A model generated the notes under the pieces. It worked only from the letters and a program-made list of their open reading frames with translations, had not been told where the DNA came from and searched no databases. Position numbers and translations under genes: made by a program. From a virus (Duplodnaviria; Caudoviricetes), in the IMG/VR virus record IMGVR_UViG_3300025731_000010, positions 1 through 36,772 of that record: a DNA stretch of 36,772 nt. One strand, written 5' to 3'. Position 1 is the stretch's first letter, and each line of letters starts with the position of its first letter. Below are positions 26,210-36,312 of the stretch, piece by piece.

Positions 26210-26436
26210 GGTTTGAAAATACCCTAGCGTTACAGCTGGGTTTGGTAGATGTGCTGGCCATGTTACGAAAAATATCATGCGCCCAGCTTGATCAGTGGTA
26301 CCTGTATTATCGCGCCCATCCGTGGGGGCCAGCAATAGACAGCTTTAGAAATGGTCAGCTTTGCGCGGCCACTTATAACAGCACGGGCCGTATGAAAACG
26401 GCTTTAAAACCCTCTGATTTTAACCCTCAATTGTAG
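26179..26436 (+). CDS. gpT-like extension made by a -1 programmed frameshift at A AAA AAG
   Basis: Heptamer 26179-26185 is in the correct frame. The -1 frame is open: VESSCAPIGFENTLALQLGLVDVLAMLRKISCAQLDQWYLYYRAHPWG...KPSDFNP. Confidence 0.85.
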   Translation, partial: KKVESSCAPIGFENTLALQLGLVDVLAMLRKISCAQLDQWYLYYRAHPWGPAIDSFRNGQLCAATYNSTGRMKTALKPSDFNPQL

Positions 26437-26444
26437 TGAACTTT

Positions 26445-28574
26445 ATGGCTGGCAAATTAGACCGCTATACCATCGTCATTGATGGTGATAACAAGAAGCT
26501 AGAGTTAGCAGCAAAGAACTCTGTGCGCGACATGGGGCGTTTAAACAAAGCAGCAAATGATGCCAATGGTGGGGTAAGTAAGTTAGCCACTGGGGTACGC
26601 AACGCTTCTAGTCACGTTGCAGCGTTTCAAGGTCCGTTAGGCGGTGTATCGGGCCGATTAGGTGCGCTGGCCACTATGATCACCAATATCAATCCCATTA
26701 TGGTGGGGCTAGGATTGGCCGTAAGTGGTGTTACCTTATTTATGGTAAGCGCCATAAAAGAATACGACCAGTTTAATCTGCGTAATCAAAAAACCAGTGC
26801 GTTACTAAAAGCCACCGGCCATGCATCGGGCTTTACCGCTCGCCAGCTAGACATCATGGCCAAGGCCGTAGCACTCAATACGTTAGCCAGTGTCGAGGGT
26901 ATTAAAGACACACAAAACGTTTTATTAACGTTTAAAGGAATTTCAAAAGACGCATTTAGTACCGCTATAGAGTTATCGCAAGACATGGCGGCGGTAATGG
27001 GTACCGATTCTAAAGCGGCTGCTTTGCAACTGGGTAAGGCATTAGAAAGTCCTACCCAAGGCATAAGTGCGTTGAAAAAAGCCGGGGTGTCGTTTACCCA
27101 GGCGCAGCGCGACATGATCCGCGACATGGAAAATGGCGGGCGTGTGGTTGATGCCCAGACTTACATTTTAGAAACCCTTAAAAATCAGATTGGCGGTACG
27201 GGTGCGGCTGAAGGTGATGGCACCGTAGTTGGTGCGATAGATTCCATGAGCCAGCATTGGCAGGCCATGAAAATCAATGTGGCCGATAGCACAGGTGCAG
27301 CCAATGCTGCGAGTGCATTTTTCAGTACGTTAAGTGATGGGTTGGCTCAGGTTAATAAAGATTTTTGGCCTGATGATGACAGTCGAATGCAAGAGCTTGC
27401 TGCAAAGCGCCTTGAATTAAGGAAGGAGCTTACAACCCTTGGAAGAGGTGAGCACACAGGTCTGTTTTCAATACTGGTGGGGTCTAATTCTGAATTTTTA
27501 AATGTGTCTCGTGCCCTCGATGCAACCACTAAAGAAATGCGAGAAATTCAAGCTCGTCGTAAAGAACAAATTCTCGAAGAGCAGGCGGCCGGTAAAGCCG
27601 CAGACGCCCACAATGCCGCCCGTGAAAAAGAGTTAGTAGCCGTAAAAGCCGCGGCCGATGCCAAAAAATTAGAGCGTATTTTCGCCCATGGTGCCGCTGC
27701 CGTTGCTGCTATGGACATGCAATTCGCCAATGAAGGTGAAAAAGCCCAATTAAACCTACAAAAAAACCTCGATCGCATTAAAGGTTGGCAAGTTAGCCAG
27801 CAAGAAATTGAAGCTCGTGGCTTTGAATCCATGGCCGAGCTTAAACAGTCTTATAGCGATATGGCCTACGAGCAGCTTGATGCTGACTTATTAAAAATTG
27901 AAGAGCGTCACGCTGCCAGTGAAGCTAAAAAAACCGCTCATCAAAGTGATGAGGCCAAAAAAAGAGCCGCTGCTGAAAGAGCCTCCCAAGCGGCGGCTTT
28001 GTCGGCATACCAGGGAACTAGTCAGCAATTTTTATCAGCTTTAGAAGATTCGGGGAAACAATCTAGCGGTATTTATAAAGCAGCTTTTGCAATTCAAAAG
28101 GCAGCGGCGATTCCGGGCATGATTGTTAGTACTGAAGAAGCGGCAACAAAGGCATTGGCGCTCGGCCCTATCGCTGGTCCAATTGCTTCCGGTGCCATTC
28201 GTGGTATGGGTTACGCCTCGATTGGATTGGTGGCCGGGCAAACCATTGCCGGTGCATTTGAAGACGGCGGCATCGTCGGTGGCTCTAGCTATAGCGGCGA
28301 TAAATTAACCGCGTTTGTGAACAGTAGTGAGATGATTCTGAATGTTTCACAACAGAAAAAGCTTTTTGATATAGCCAATGGGATGTCTGTTGGGGGTGGC
28401 TCGGCAGTCACCGTTAACATCATCGAAGACGCCAGCCGGGCAGGCCAAGTACAAGAAGTCACCGGCCCCAATGGAGAGCAGATGATTGAAGCATTTGTGG
28501 CCAGTATCCAGCAGGGCGGTCCGGCTGCGGATGTAATGGAGCAAACCTATCGTTTACAAAGGGCGGGACGCTAA
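26445..28574 (+). CDS. Tail tape measure protein
   Basis: Ala-rich helical protein; QLGKALESP..G.SAL...GV.F; C-terminal F.DGG.VGG.S..GD. Confidence 0.93.
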   Translation: MAGKLDRYTIVIDGDNKKLELAAKNSVRDMGRLNKAANDANGGVSKLATGVRNASSHVAAFQGPLGGVSGRLGALATMITNINPIMVGLGLAVSGVTLFMVSAIKEYDQFNLRNQKTSALLKATGHASGFTARQLDIMAKAVALNTLASVEGIKDTQNVLLTFKGISKDAFSTAIELSQDMAAVMGTDSKAAALQLGKALESPTQGISALKKAGVSFTQAQRDMIRDMENGGRVVDAQTYILETLKNQIGGTGAAEGDGTVVGAIDSMSQHWQAMKINVADSTGAANAASAFFSTLSDGLAQVNKDFWPDDDSRMQELAAKRLELRKELTTLGRGEHTGLFSILVGSNSEFLNVSRALDATTKEMREIQARRKEQILEEQAAGKAADAHNAAREKELVAVKAAADAKKLERIFAHGAAAVAAMDMQFANEGEKAQLNLQKNLDRIKGWQVSQQEIEARGFESMAELKQSYSDMAYEQLDADLLKIEERHAASEAKKTAHQSDEAKKRAAAERASQAAALSAYQGTSQQFLSALEDSGKQSSGIYKAAFAIQKAAAIPGMIVSTEEAATKALALGPIAGPIASGAIRGMGYASIGLVAGQTIAGAFEDGGIVGGSSYSGDKLTAFVNSSEMILNVSQQKKLFDIANGMSVGGGSAVTVNIIEDASRAGQVQEVTGPNGEQMIEAFVASIQQGGPAADVMEQTYRLQRAGR

Positions 28575-29041
28575 TGGCTGAGATTACAGAGTACGCCTTT
28601 TGGCCTTCTAATTTGGGTTTTCCTCTTTTAAAGGGTTATAGCTACACCCCAAGCAATAACTTACTGCAAAGCGCTTTGGACAGTGGCGAGATGCGTGTGC
28701 GCAGGCGTTTTAAGAATATGCCGGGCACCGTCACCATAAACTTATTATTTAACAATGAGCAAGCCGCCTTGTTTGAGGGTTGGTTTCGCCATGTTATTAA
28801 CGAGGGCACGGTATGGTTTTCCATGCCGATTAAAATGCCTGCGGGGGTGATTGTTCACCTTGCTCGTTTTAAATTACCCCATAAACCCATGAAAGCCATT
28901 GCCCATACCAAGTGGACTAAATCTATCACGCTGGAAGTAAAAGAGCGGGTGGTCATCGATGGTGAAAACACCGCTTTCCTGGAAGAATACAAATTGAGCG
29001 ATGTCGAAGTCGCGGCGCTTATTGCATTAGAGGCATTATAA
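28574..29041 (+). CDS. Distal tail protein (Dit/gpM-like)
   Basis: WP..L..PL..GY; SG..RVRRRF...P; FEGWF......G..WF.M. Confidence 0.8.
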   Translation: MAEITEYAFWPSNLGFPLLKGYSYTPSNNLLQSALDSGEMRVRRRFKNMPGTVTINLLFNNEQAALFEGWFRHVINEGTVWFSMPIKMPAGVIVHLARFKLPHKPMKAIAHTKWTKSITLEVKERVVIDGENTAFLEEYKLSDVEVAALIALEAL

Positions 29042-29043
29042 AT

Positions 29044-31290
29044 ATGACGACAGTAACGCAAGATATAAAAGCCTCCGTAGACACCATTAAAGAAAGCTCT
29101 CAGGTGGCGGCCAAATTCATTGACCCAGCTCAAACTGCTGATGTGCAAGGTTCGTCTGGTATTTTAAAGCCCTTGGCCGCTTTTGAAAAAGATGCCGATG
29201 ATATTGTGATTAAGCTGGGCACTGATGTAGATGTTTTAACTGCCGCCGCCGATGTGGAAATTTCTCGCATTGGTACTTTTACAAAAGAGATCTTCACTCC
29301 AGCTAATATCTATACAGAAATAAAAATATATTTTGTTGATAGCGATATTGCTTATACCCCCATAGCTTTCCCTTTTACTGCCAGCGCCTTAATTCAAACC
29401 GATATTGATTCCGGTGCCTTGACAGTGATGCAGGGTTTAACCCGTAATGATTTAGGTCGCAAGGGTTCGGCCATACCCAAGGCGCGGGATACGATGTTGG
29501 TATTAGCCGACTTGGCCGCGATCATTAGCGAAGATTTAGAGGTTGGCCAGCAGGTTAAAGCGCAGGCGCTGCCAGCCGAATATTTAGTGGTGCCGACCGG
29601 CACGGGCTCAGCCAGCACAGGCCGTTATCATGATATGGGTAACGGCAACCAGCTTAAATTAGTGATTGAAGGGCAGGTGGATACCTGGGCGGAGTTGGAA
29701 TTAACCGAGCCTCAATTTGATGGGCAGATTATTAAGTTGGTCGGCCACACTGTTGCCGGCCTTGGTGGCGGTACCGTTGTTGCGAAATACGCAAGTACTC
29801 GCACCAAAAATGGTGGCACGGTTGCCAAGTCACCGCTGGGTTTAACCTGGGAGCGTGAATTAAGCGGCCTGCCTGACCTTTATATGTTTGGTTGTCTTGG
29901 CGATGGCAGCGATGACAGTGTTGGGTTTCAAAATGCCGCCACCGCTGGCGATTTTCATATTCCAAAATGTGATGTTCATTGGTTGGTGGGCGGTATCACT
30001 GTGCCAAATGGCCGCATCATTACAGGCGACAGTTCCTATGTTTACACCGCTTTTTCTGTGTCTAATGTGGCTGGCCTGGGTGCCGTAGTTTATGACACCT
30101 CTAAAGGTACATTTATAAGCTGGGGTGCAAGCTGTGAGATCAGCCAATGCACTTTCCACGGCGTAGATCGCTCACGTCCATTCCAGGAAGGTTCAGGTGG
30201 TGGCCTTAAACTATACAAAGTCGCTGTTTTTCGGTGTGAAAAAGGCTTTGGCCGAACAGCCCATTACACGATGGGTAATTGTCGGTTATTGCTTTGCCAT
30301 TTTTCAGGTAACACAACCGGTATTGCTGGCTTGGTTGATTCTCATGTTGCGTTTAACGAGGTGAATGCCAACGAGGGGTCAGGTATAAGAGCTTCGGCGG
30401 GTTGCAATGATACCGTTTACATGGATAACAAAGTGGAGTGGAATAATACCAAGGGTTATGAGTTCTATGGGAACCAGAGTTCAATCCAAATAATCGGCGG
30501 CATAGTTGATAGAAACGGTGAGGCGGGAATATCAGCCACTGGCTATGCTGGTGTATTGGTATTAGGTGTTAAGTTTAGACGGAATGGCCGCCTGTCCGAG
30601 CTAAACGCTGAGCAAAATGGTCATGTGGCTTTGCGTGGCGGCTCTCAAAAGTATTTTCGGCTGGTTAATTGTGATACGGCGGCGGGAACCGGGGACTCAG
30701 GTGAGGGCTATAATTCACCGGCTTATTCAATTGTGGCCAGTGACAGTGCGTCTGTACTGGGCTTGGTATCCGGTTGTGACTTAACCGGCGCGAATACGCA
30801 AGTTTTTAAGGTGCGCAACGGTGGCTCACTCTCGATTAATTCATTCATTGGAAATGATGTTGAGGGTATTGCGTATGGCAGTAGCGTAAATTTAGTTAGT
30901 GAGAGTGGTAATACCGGTATTCCCGAAGCGCAAGCAATCCCTGATTATGGTTCGATGATTTATCGGGGTGGCACTGGGAATATAGCAGCGGCAACCGATC
31001 TAATCCTAACCGGCCTTACGTCCGTAAATACTTATAGTCGCTATGCCTATGATATTCATCTTGTAACAAGAAACCCTGGCGACGATACCTATGCAATAGT
31101 GCAGGAAGCTAAATTGGTCGTGGTGCGTGGTGGCGGTAATACTAGGGTTGAAATTATCATGCTGCATGAGACTCATACAATGCTTGGGGTGACGGCGACT
31201 ACCTCGGAAGCGGACGGGTCTGAAATTACTATAACGGTAACGCCAGACAGGTTATTGCAGGTAGTAATGATGGTAACGGTGGCGTACTGA
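29044..31290 (+). CDS. Tailspike / receptor-binding protein with right-handed beta-helix (putative depolymerase)
   Basis: MFGCLGDGSDDSVGFQNA helix cap followed by N/G/I-rich repeats (NKVEWN...G, GGIVDRNG.AGI). Confidence 0.82.
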   Translation: MTTVTQDIKASVDTIKESSQVAAKFIDPAQTADVQGSSGILKPLAAFEKDADDIVIKLGTDVDVLTAAADVEISRIGTFTKEIFTPANIYTEIKIYFVDSDIAYTPIAFPFTASALIQTDIDSGALTVMQGLTRNDLGRKGSAIPKARDTMLVLADLAAIISEDLEVGQQVKAQALPAEYLVVPTGTGSASTGRYHDMGNGNQLKLVIEGQVDTWAELELTEPQFDGQIIKLVGHTVAGLGGGTVVAKYASTRTKNGGTVAKSPLGLTWERELSGLPDLYMFGCLGDGSDDSVGFQNAATAGDFHIPKCDVHWLVGGITVPNGRIITGDSSYVYTAFSVSNVAGLGAVVYDTSKGTFISWGASCEISQCTFHGVDRSRPFQEGSGGGLKLYKVAVFRCEKGFGRTAHYTMGNCRLLLCHFSGNTTGIAGLVDSHVAFNEVNANEGSGIRASAGCNDTVYMDNKVEWNNTKGYEFYGNQSSIQIIGGIVDRNGEAGISATGYAGVLVLGVKFRRNGRLSELNAEQNGHVALRGGSQKYFRLVNCDTAAGTGDSGEGYNSPAYSIVASDSASVLGLVSGCDLTGANTQVFKVRNGGSLSINSFIGNDVEGIAYGSSVNLVSESGNTGIPEAQAIPDYGSMIYRGGTGNIAAATDLILTGLTSVNTYSRYAYDIHLVTRNPGDDTYAIVQEAKLVVVRGGGNTRVEIIMLHETHTMLGVTATTSEADGSEITITVTPDRLLQVVMMVTVAY

Positions 31291-31293
31291 TTT

Positions 31294-31785
31294 ATGTCTA
31301 CTCTATTAAATACAGTTCACGCCAGTGCCCCCGCATCAGAAATTAAACTCCATACCCTTGAATTAACTAACGCCAGTTTTCCTAATGGTGCCTACCGTTG
31401 GGTGCAGGGATTTAATGATGAGTCTCTCACGCTTGAAAATGGCCAGGAGTTTACCTTTGAAGGTATGGGCTTTGGTGTGTCGTTAGCCGAGCGCTCATTG
31501 CGCGGCAACCAAGACATCCAATTCCAGATCGATAATGTAACCGGCGAGGCTTTGCGGGCCATCAATGATGTGATAGATAGCGGCGAAAAAATGCTGGTGG
31601 TATATCGCTGCTATTTAGATTCTAATCATTCTGCCCCGGCGCAGCCTGCCACCAGAATGACCGCCACGGGGGTTACCGCCGACTATAGGTCGGTGAATGT
31701 GATCGCCGACTTCCATGATTTTGTAAACCTCAAGTGGCCCGTCCAGCGCTACACGCCCACCCTTGCCCCTGGCTTAGCGGCCTAA
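31294..31785 (+). CDS. DUF1833 / gpL-like tail tip protein
   Basis: TLEL; QG.......LE.G; Q...F.IDNVTGE; YR.YL......P; WP..RY.....PGL. Confidence 0.82.
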   Translation: MSTLLNTVHASAPASEIKLHTLELTNASFPNGAYRWVQGFNDESLTLENGQEFTFEGMGFGVSLAERSLRGNQDIQFQIDNVTGEALRAINDVIDSGEKMLVVYRCYLDSNHSAPAQPATRMTATGVTADYRSVNVIADFHDFVNLKWPVQRYTPTLAPGLAA

Positions 31786-31787
31786 CT

Positions 31788-32192
31788 ATGCAGATAGATG
31801 ATTACTTTACTGTGCCATACATAGATGGCGGCAGGGATGTGTCTGTGGGTTTAGATTGCTGGGGTTTGGTGCGTCATGTTTTGCATGAGGTGTTTGAGTT
31901 GCCGCTGTTTAACGGTTTTGGCCGTGTGGATCGCCACCAAGCAGATGCCATTCATCAAGGGTTTAATGAATCAGAGTCGAGCTTTAGATTGTGCCCACCC
32001 AAGGCAGGAGCATTGGCCTGTTGTTTTATAAAACGTGGCGATGATTTTATTTTTCATCATGTGGGTGTATGCATAAGTGCAAGTGTTGTGCTGCACACGG
32101 CCAGCACCCATGGGGTTAAGTCTGTGCCGGTTAGGGCGTTTAAGCGCTTGGCCCCGGTGGTTAAATTTTATGAGTTTGTGGGTGAGGATTGA
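31788..32192 (+). CDS. NlpC/P60 tail assembly protein (gpK-like)
   Basis: PY.DGGR....LDCWGLV; HVGV; VLH. Confidence 0.88.
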   Translation: MQIDDYFTVPYIDGGRDVSVGLDCWGLVRHVLHEVFELPLFNGFGRVDRHQADAIHQGFNESESSFRLCPPKAGALACCFIKRGDDFIFHHVGVCISASVVLHTASTHGVKSVPVRAFKRLAPVVKFYEFVGED

Positions 32193-34918
32193 ATATGTCG
32201 GTTGAAATTCGAGTTTATCCCAATAAATTGGTGATGACTGAATACGAAAAATTGAGCTGTGATGCGGGTTTAAGTATTGAGCAATGGCTGGTTGATAGCG
32301 TGCCATTGTATGAGCGCCTGCCGGTGCCGCTTTACAGCGTGCTTTTAAATGGCTTGGAAGTGTCGCCTGAGTTGTGGGAAAAAACCCAACTGGAAGCGGG
32401 TAATCTTTTGGAGTTTTTTATTGAGCCCAAAGAGCCCGTGACCATCGCCATGGTGGTGATTGCGGTGGTGAGTGCAGCGGCTGCCATTTATTACGCCAAC
32501 CAGATTCCCGATAACTACAATTCAACCACACCTAATGGCTCGTCTATTTATGATGCCAATGCCCAGGGCAATCGTGTGCGCCTAATGGGTGTGGTGCCTG
32601 AGCATCTTGGGGAGCACCTAAATTACCCGGACGTGTTGAATACCCCGCGCCAGCATTATCAAGACGATGAAAGCTGGAAATACTTTTTATTATGCGTAGG
32701 CCAGGGTGAGTATCAAATAAACGATGCCGATATTTTTATAGGTAATACACAAATAAGCCGTTATGCGGCGGATATTGAATACCAGTTGTTTGGGCCGGGC
32801 GCTGATGTGTCGGGCAATGAAGCGCATCGAAATTTTTACCAGTCGCCCGAAGTGGGCGGAAACGGCTTAGAAGTGGATGCGCCTGAATATAGGTTTATCG
32901 CCGCAGAGGGTTCTGGGCGCTATATAAAAACGTGGCCATTGCATACCGATACTGTTGGGCAAAATAAAACGCTTAAGTTTTTTGCTTATGATGGCTCGTT
33001 TTATCGTATCCCTTGGCCCGTGGGCAGTCATATTCAGCTAGATGGTTTGAGTTCTAGTATAGAAGTTTTTGAAGGTGTGGTGGATCTGGTGGATATGGGC
33101 GCTGCCTTAGCGGATCAGATAGTGGCCGACTTTGGTTTGGCTGTGGTTGCGGTAGGTGATGAAATTCAGTTGGTGGGTGCTGGGAGTGATGCGGGCACGT
33201 ATTTGGTTAAATCGGTGACCGATACGGTTATAGAATTGACAGATTTGCAGGGCAATGATGTTACTGGATTGACCCCAGCCACGCGGGTGTTGGTTCGTAT
33301 ATTACGTGAGCATTCGTTGCTGGGCTTGTACGAAATTGTGTCGGGCACTGGCAGTGATTCCATGGAGGTTTCTAAGGTGGGTGATCCTGACTGGACGGGG
33401 TTTTCTACCAGCACTCAATATCATGATATTACCGCCGAGCTTATTAACGGTGCGATTGACCCGGTGGCGATTGGTCCGTTTGCTGCGGCCCCGGCTCGGC
33501 AGGAAACCAACTTAATTGAGCTGGATTTTTTCTTTAATGGTTTGGGTAAGGTAAATAACAATGGCACTGTGAGCAGCCATTCGGTGGATATTGAAATTCA
33601 TTACCGTGAAATAGGCACTACGGTTTGGACTAAATCGAGCCATACGTTTACCGAAGCTACCCGTGATCAGTTTGGCCGTACCATAGAGATTCCCTTGCCC
33701 GGTAAGATAGCGGTTGAGGTGCAGGTGGAGCGAGTAAGTCATCAGGAAAATGATGTTTCATTGAGTGAGAAAGTCATCTGGAAGGGGCTGCGGGCAGAAT
33801 TGGATACCGTGACCAGTTATCCGGGTATGACCACGATGGCCTTGAAAATTAAGGGCAGTAATGCGCTGTCGGCCAGTGCTGAAAATAAAATTAACGTGAT
33901 TGCTACCCGCATGCTCGCCACCTTTGATGCTTATGGCAACTTCACTCAGTTTGAAGCCACGCGAGACATTGCCCCGGCGGTGTATCACATTTTATTGTCT
34001 TCTGGATATGCGGCGGACCAGATAGATTTGGATGAGTTGTATCGGTTGCATCAGATTTGGTCGGGCCGTGGTGATGAGTTTAATGCCATTTTTGACAATG
34101 AAATTACCGTATGGGAGGCGTTGAAGCGGGCGCTGGCTGTGGGTTTTGCCAAGCCTACTTTGGATTATGGCAAGGTAATTCCGGTGCGTGATGAAAAGCG
34201 CGAGAGCTTGAACTACATGTATCAGGCCGACAACATGATTAAAAATTCGTGGAAGATGCATGCCACGCTAATTGATGAATCTGAATCGGATGGCATTGAG
34301 GTGGAGTATTTCTCGATAGCGACGCGCAAGCCTGAAACCATTATGTGTTTATTGCCTGGGCAGCTGGGTCTTAAGGCTGAGCGTGTGCGGGCCTTTGGTA
34401 TTACCAATATGGATAAGGCGTATCAATTTGGCATGCGCATGGCCAGCACCCGCAAGTGGCGCCGCAAGGAGCATACCTGGTCCACCGAGATGGATGGTTT
34501 GAACAGTAACTATTTGAGTTATGACGCCCTGGGCATTGATATACCTGGATTTAGCCAGACGGGCCGAGTTGAGGCTGTGGCCGGGCGGGTTATTAAGGTT
34601 AACCAGGATTTGAACTGGGCGACCAGCACCAATTACATTGGTATCCGCAATGCAGAGGGTAAGCTGTCTGGGCCTTATACCTGTACGCAGGGTGCTGATG
34701 TGGACACGGTTGTACTGGATGTTGATTTGGACTTTGTGCCGGTGATGGATGGCAGCCAGGAGCCGCCGTTGTTTATGTTTGGATCGGACACCCAGTGGTG
34801 TGAGCGGGTATTGGTGACGGACATTAAGCCCAGCGGTACCGACAGGGTGAAGCTGAAAGGCATTAACGATGATGACCGGGTTTATCTGTACGATGATGCG
34901 CTTGCGCCAGTTGTATGA
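32189..34918 (+). CDS. Tail tip / host specificity protein (gpI/gpJ-like)
   Basis: Ubiquitin-like N-terminus, SSIY.ANA.GN..RL...VPE..G...YPD; Y...T..A..I; IN..ATR; DD.RVY.YD C-terminus. Confidence 0.88.
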   Translation: MNMSVEIRVYPNKLVMTEYEKLSCDAGLSIEQWLVDSVPLYERLPVPLYSVLLNGLEVSPELWEKTQLEAGNLLEFFIEPKEPVTIAMVVIAVVSAAAAIYYANQIPDNYNSTTPNGSSIYDANAQGNRVRLMGVVPEHLGEHLNYPDVLNTPRQHYQDDESWKYFLLCVGQGEYQINDADIFIGNTQISRYAADIEYQLFGPGADVSGNEAHRNFYQSPEVGGNGLEVDAPEYRFIAAEGSGRYIKTWPLHTDTVGQNKTLKFFAYDGSFYRIPWPVGSHIQLDGLSSSIEVFEGVVDLVDMGAALADQIVADFGLAVVAVGDEIQLVGAGSDAGTYLVKSVTDTVIELTDLQGNDVTGLTPATRVLVRILREHSLLGLYEIVSGTGSDSMEVSKVGDPDWTGFSTSTQYHDITAELINGAIDPVAIGPFAAAPARQETNLIELDFFFNGLGKVNNNGTVSSHSVDIEIHYREIGTTVWTKSSHTFTEATRDQFGRTIEIPLPGKIAVEVQVERVSHQENDVSLSEKVIWKGLRAELDTVTSYPGMTTMALKIKGSNALSASAENKINVIATRMLATFDAYGNFTQFEATRDIAPAVYHILLSSGYAADQIDLDELYRLHQIWSGRGDEFNAIFDNEITVWEALKRALAVGFAKPTLDYGKVIPVRDEKRESLNYMYQADNMIKNSWKMHATLIDESESDGIEVEYFSIATRKPETIMCLLPGQLGLKAERVRAFGITNMDKAYQFGMRMASTRKWRRKEHTWSTEMDGLNSNYLSYDALGIDIPGFSQTGRVEAVAGRVIKVNQDLNWATSTNYIGIRNAEGKLSGPYTCTQGADVDTVVLDVDLDFVPVMDGSQEPPLFMFGSDTQWCERVLVTDIKPSGTDRVKLKGINDDDRVYLYDDALAPVV

Positions 34919-35400
34919 CCATGAAGATTATTATTTGGTTCTTGGCGCTGTCGGAGGCGAGAAGGCGGCTTTGGGCAGTGGTGTGCCTGGTGGTGGGTAT
35001 TCTGTTTTCCGTGGTGGCCATGTTCTTTATTCTGATGTTTAAGGCGCTTGGTTTGATTGCCCTGGTGGTTATCGGTGCGCCCTTGGCAGTGATGGGGAGC
35101 CCTTACTGGTTTGGTAAGTGGATTCTTTATGATCGGCTTTGGAATTGGATGCTGGGTGGCGACTTTGAGGAAACGGTGTCGAGTCGATTGGGTAAATGGC
35201 ATTGCTTTGATCACGATCCAGTGTTTACTGGTTCGCTGTTTTTTCTTAATCAATTGGTGTCCCTGTGGCTTGATCAGGTTGATCGGGACCATATTAAAAC
35301 CTCGATTATGCCCCATGTGGGCGTGTCGGTACCTGCCTTTAAAATGGCCCATTTGAATATAGTTGAAGACTCGCTTTATACCTTGGGCATTAAAATATGA
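34915..35400 (+). CDS. Phage membrane protein
   Basis: Two or three TM segments, then D...N..LGGD..ETVSSRLGK...LD..D.DH; ATGA overlap. Confidence 0.7.
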   Translation: MTMKIIIWFLALSEARRRLWAVVCLVVGILFSVVAMFFILMFKALGLIALVVIGAPLAVMGSPYWFGKWILYDRLWNWMLGGDFEETVSSRLGKWHCFDHDPVFTGSLFFLNQLVSLWLDQVDRDHIKTSIMPHVGVSVPAFKMAHLNIVEDSLYTLGIKI

Positions 35401-35455
35401 TGGCATCTGTGCGCTATTTTATTTAATGTGCAGCCTCTACTAACAAGGAGTGAGT

Positions 35456-35941
35456 ATGAAAGTCCTCTCTATAGCATTAACTTTTCTTTTTATATCTGCA
35501 TGTGCCACGGTTGATTACACGGTTATTCCCACTGATCAGCAGAAGGTACAAGTGGTGGTGGAAGTCCCAAGCACTGACAAAGTAACCCTGTTTAATCGCG
35601 CGCGGGAATGGGTGGCGGCCAATTACATGAGTTCCAATGAAGTGACCCAAATGGCCAACTCAGATACCGGAAGAATCATGGGGCGGGGTATTACTGTTGC
35701 GCAGATTGATAGCGGTGGCCTAGTGACTACCCCATGGAAGTACTATCACCAGCTTAAGATTGACGTGAAAGATAATAAGGCGCGGCTGGTGATCTCTGAC
35801 TTTTCCCATGTAAGCACAGGGCAGGCACCTAATTATAAATGGGCGTTTGACCCATTGATGGCCAGCGTTAAGCCTTTGGCTGCTGAGTTTGAAAGCTATA
35901 TGTTAACGGGGGGTGTTCAGTCAGTTGGTTCTGATTGGTAG
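35456..35941 (+). CDS. Lipoprotein, DUF4468-like; moron
   Basis: Lipobox FISA/C; K..LF.RA.EW.A..Y.S...V.Q..N...G.I.G.G; L.IDVKD.KAR. Confidence 0.75.
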   Translation: MKVLSIALTFLFISACATVDYTVIPTDQQKVQVVVEVPSTDKVTLFNRAREWVAANYMSSNEVTQMANSDTGRIMGRGITVAQIDSGGLVTTPWKYYHQLKIDVKDNKARLVISDFSHVSTGQAPNYKWAFDPLMASVKPLAAEFESYMLTGGVQSVGSDW

Positions 35942-35969
35942 GTACGCCAATTTCTTTCTGAATAACTAT

Positions 35970-35985
35970 GGCCCCATTTGGGGCC
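35970..35985. terminator. Hairpin between convergent genes
   Basis: GGCCCC-ATTT-GGGGCC; U-tracts are weak. Confidence 0.45.
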
Positions 35986-35992
35986 TGATATT

Positions 35993-36241
35993 TTAGCCTT
36001 CCTTATTTTTATTGTACTTGGGGTTTTTCCCTTGGTTTTTTCGGTAGGTTTCCAGCTTTTCTTTTTCCTTCTTCATAGCCCCTGCTTCAGTCATCTTTCT
36101 TGAGGTGACATTCATATTCCCAAAACTTTTTCCAGCCTTCTTATGTTCAGCCTCTCTGCGCTCTGGGTCGTTCGTGGTACCTACATAAACAACCTTATTG
36201 CCTTGTTTAAGTTCGTACGTGACGGTATCTCGTTTTGCCAT
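35993..36241 (-). CDS. Stand-alone GIY-YIG nuclease family protein (82 aa)
   Basis: VTY...YVGTT....R..EH...E...P.YN retains the Y, Y, R, H, E and N positions; AAGGA SD. Confidence 0.82.
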   Translation of the reverse strand: MAKRDTVTYELKQGNKVVYVGTTNDPERREAEHKKAGKSFGNMNVTSRKMTEAGAMKKEKEKLETYRKNQGKNPKYNKNKEG

Positions 36242-36296
36242 TGGTTTTTCCTTTAAGTCATTATTATTTGTTTTACCAGGTGGAATCGGTAAAAGC

Positions 36297-36312
36297 CTGT
36301 ATATTCTTACAG
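36297..36312. promoter_or_regulatory. LexA (SOS) box upstream of the GIY-YIG gene
   Basis: CTGT-ATATTCTT-ACAG, overlapping a minus-strand TTGGCG-N17-AAGAAT promoter with a TGn extension. Confidence 0.7.

Noticed and set aside
29044-34918. Diversity-generating retroelement or invertible tail cassette
   Set aside because: No reverse transcriptase, no TR/VR duplicate and no inversion repeats seen by eye; the second recombinase-fold gene lacks catalytic residues. A self dot-plot would be decisive.
13342-35406. Many minus-strand ORFs within the replication and structural genes
   Set aside because: Antisense shadows of well-supported plus-strand genes.
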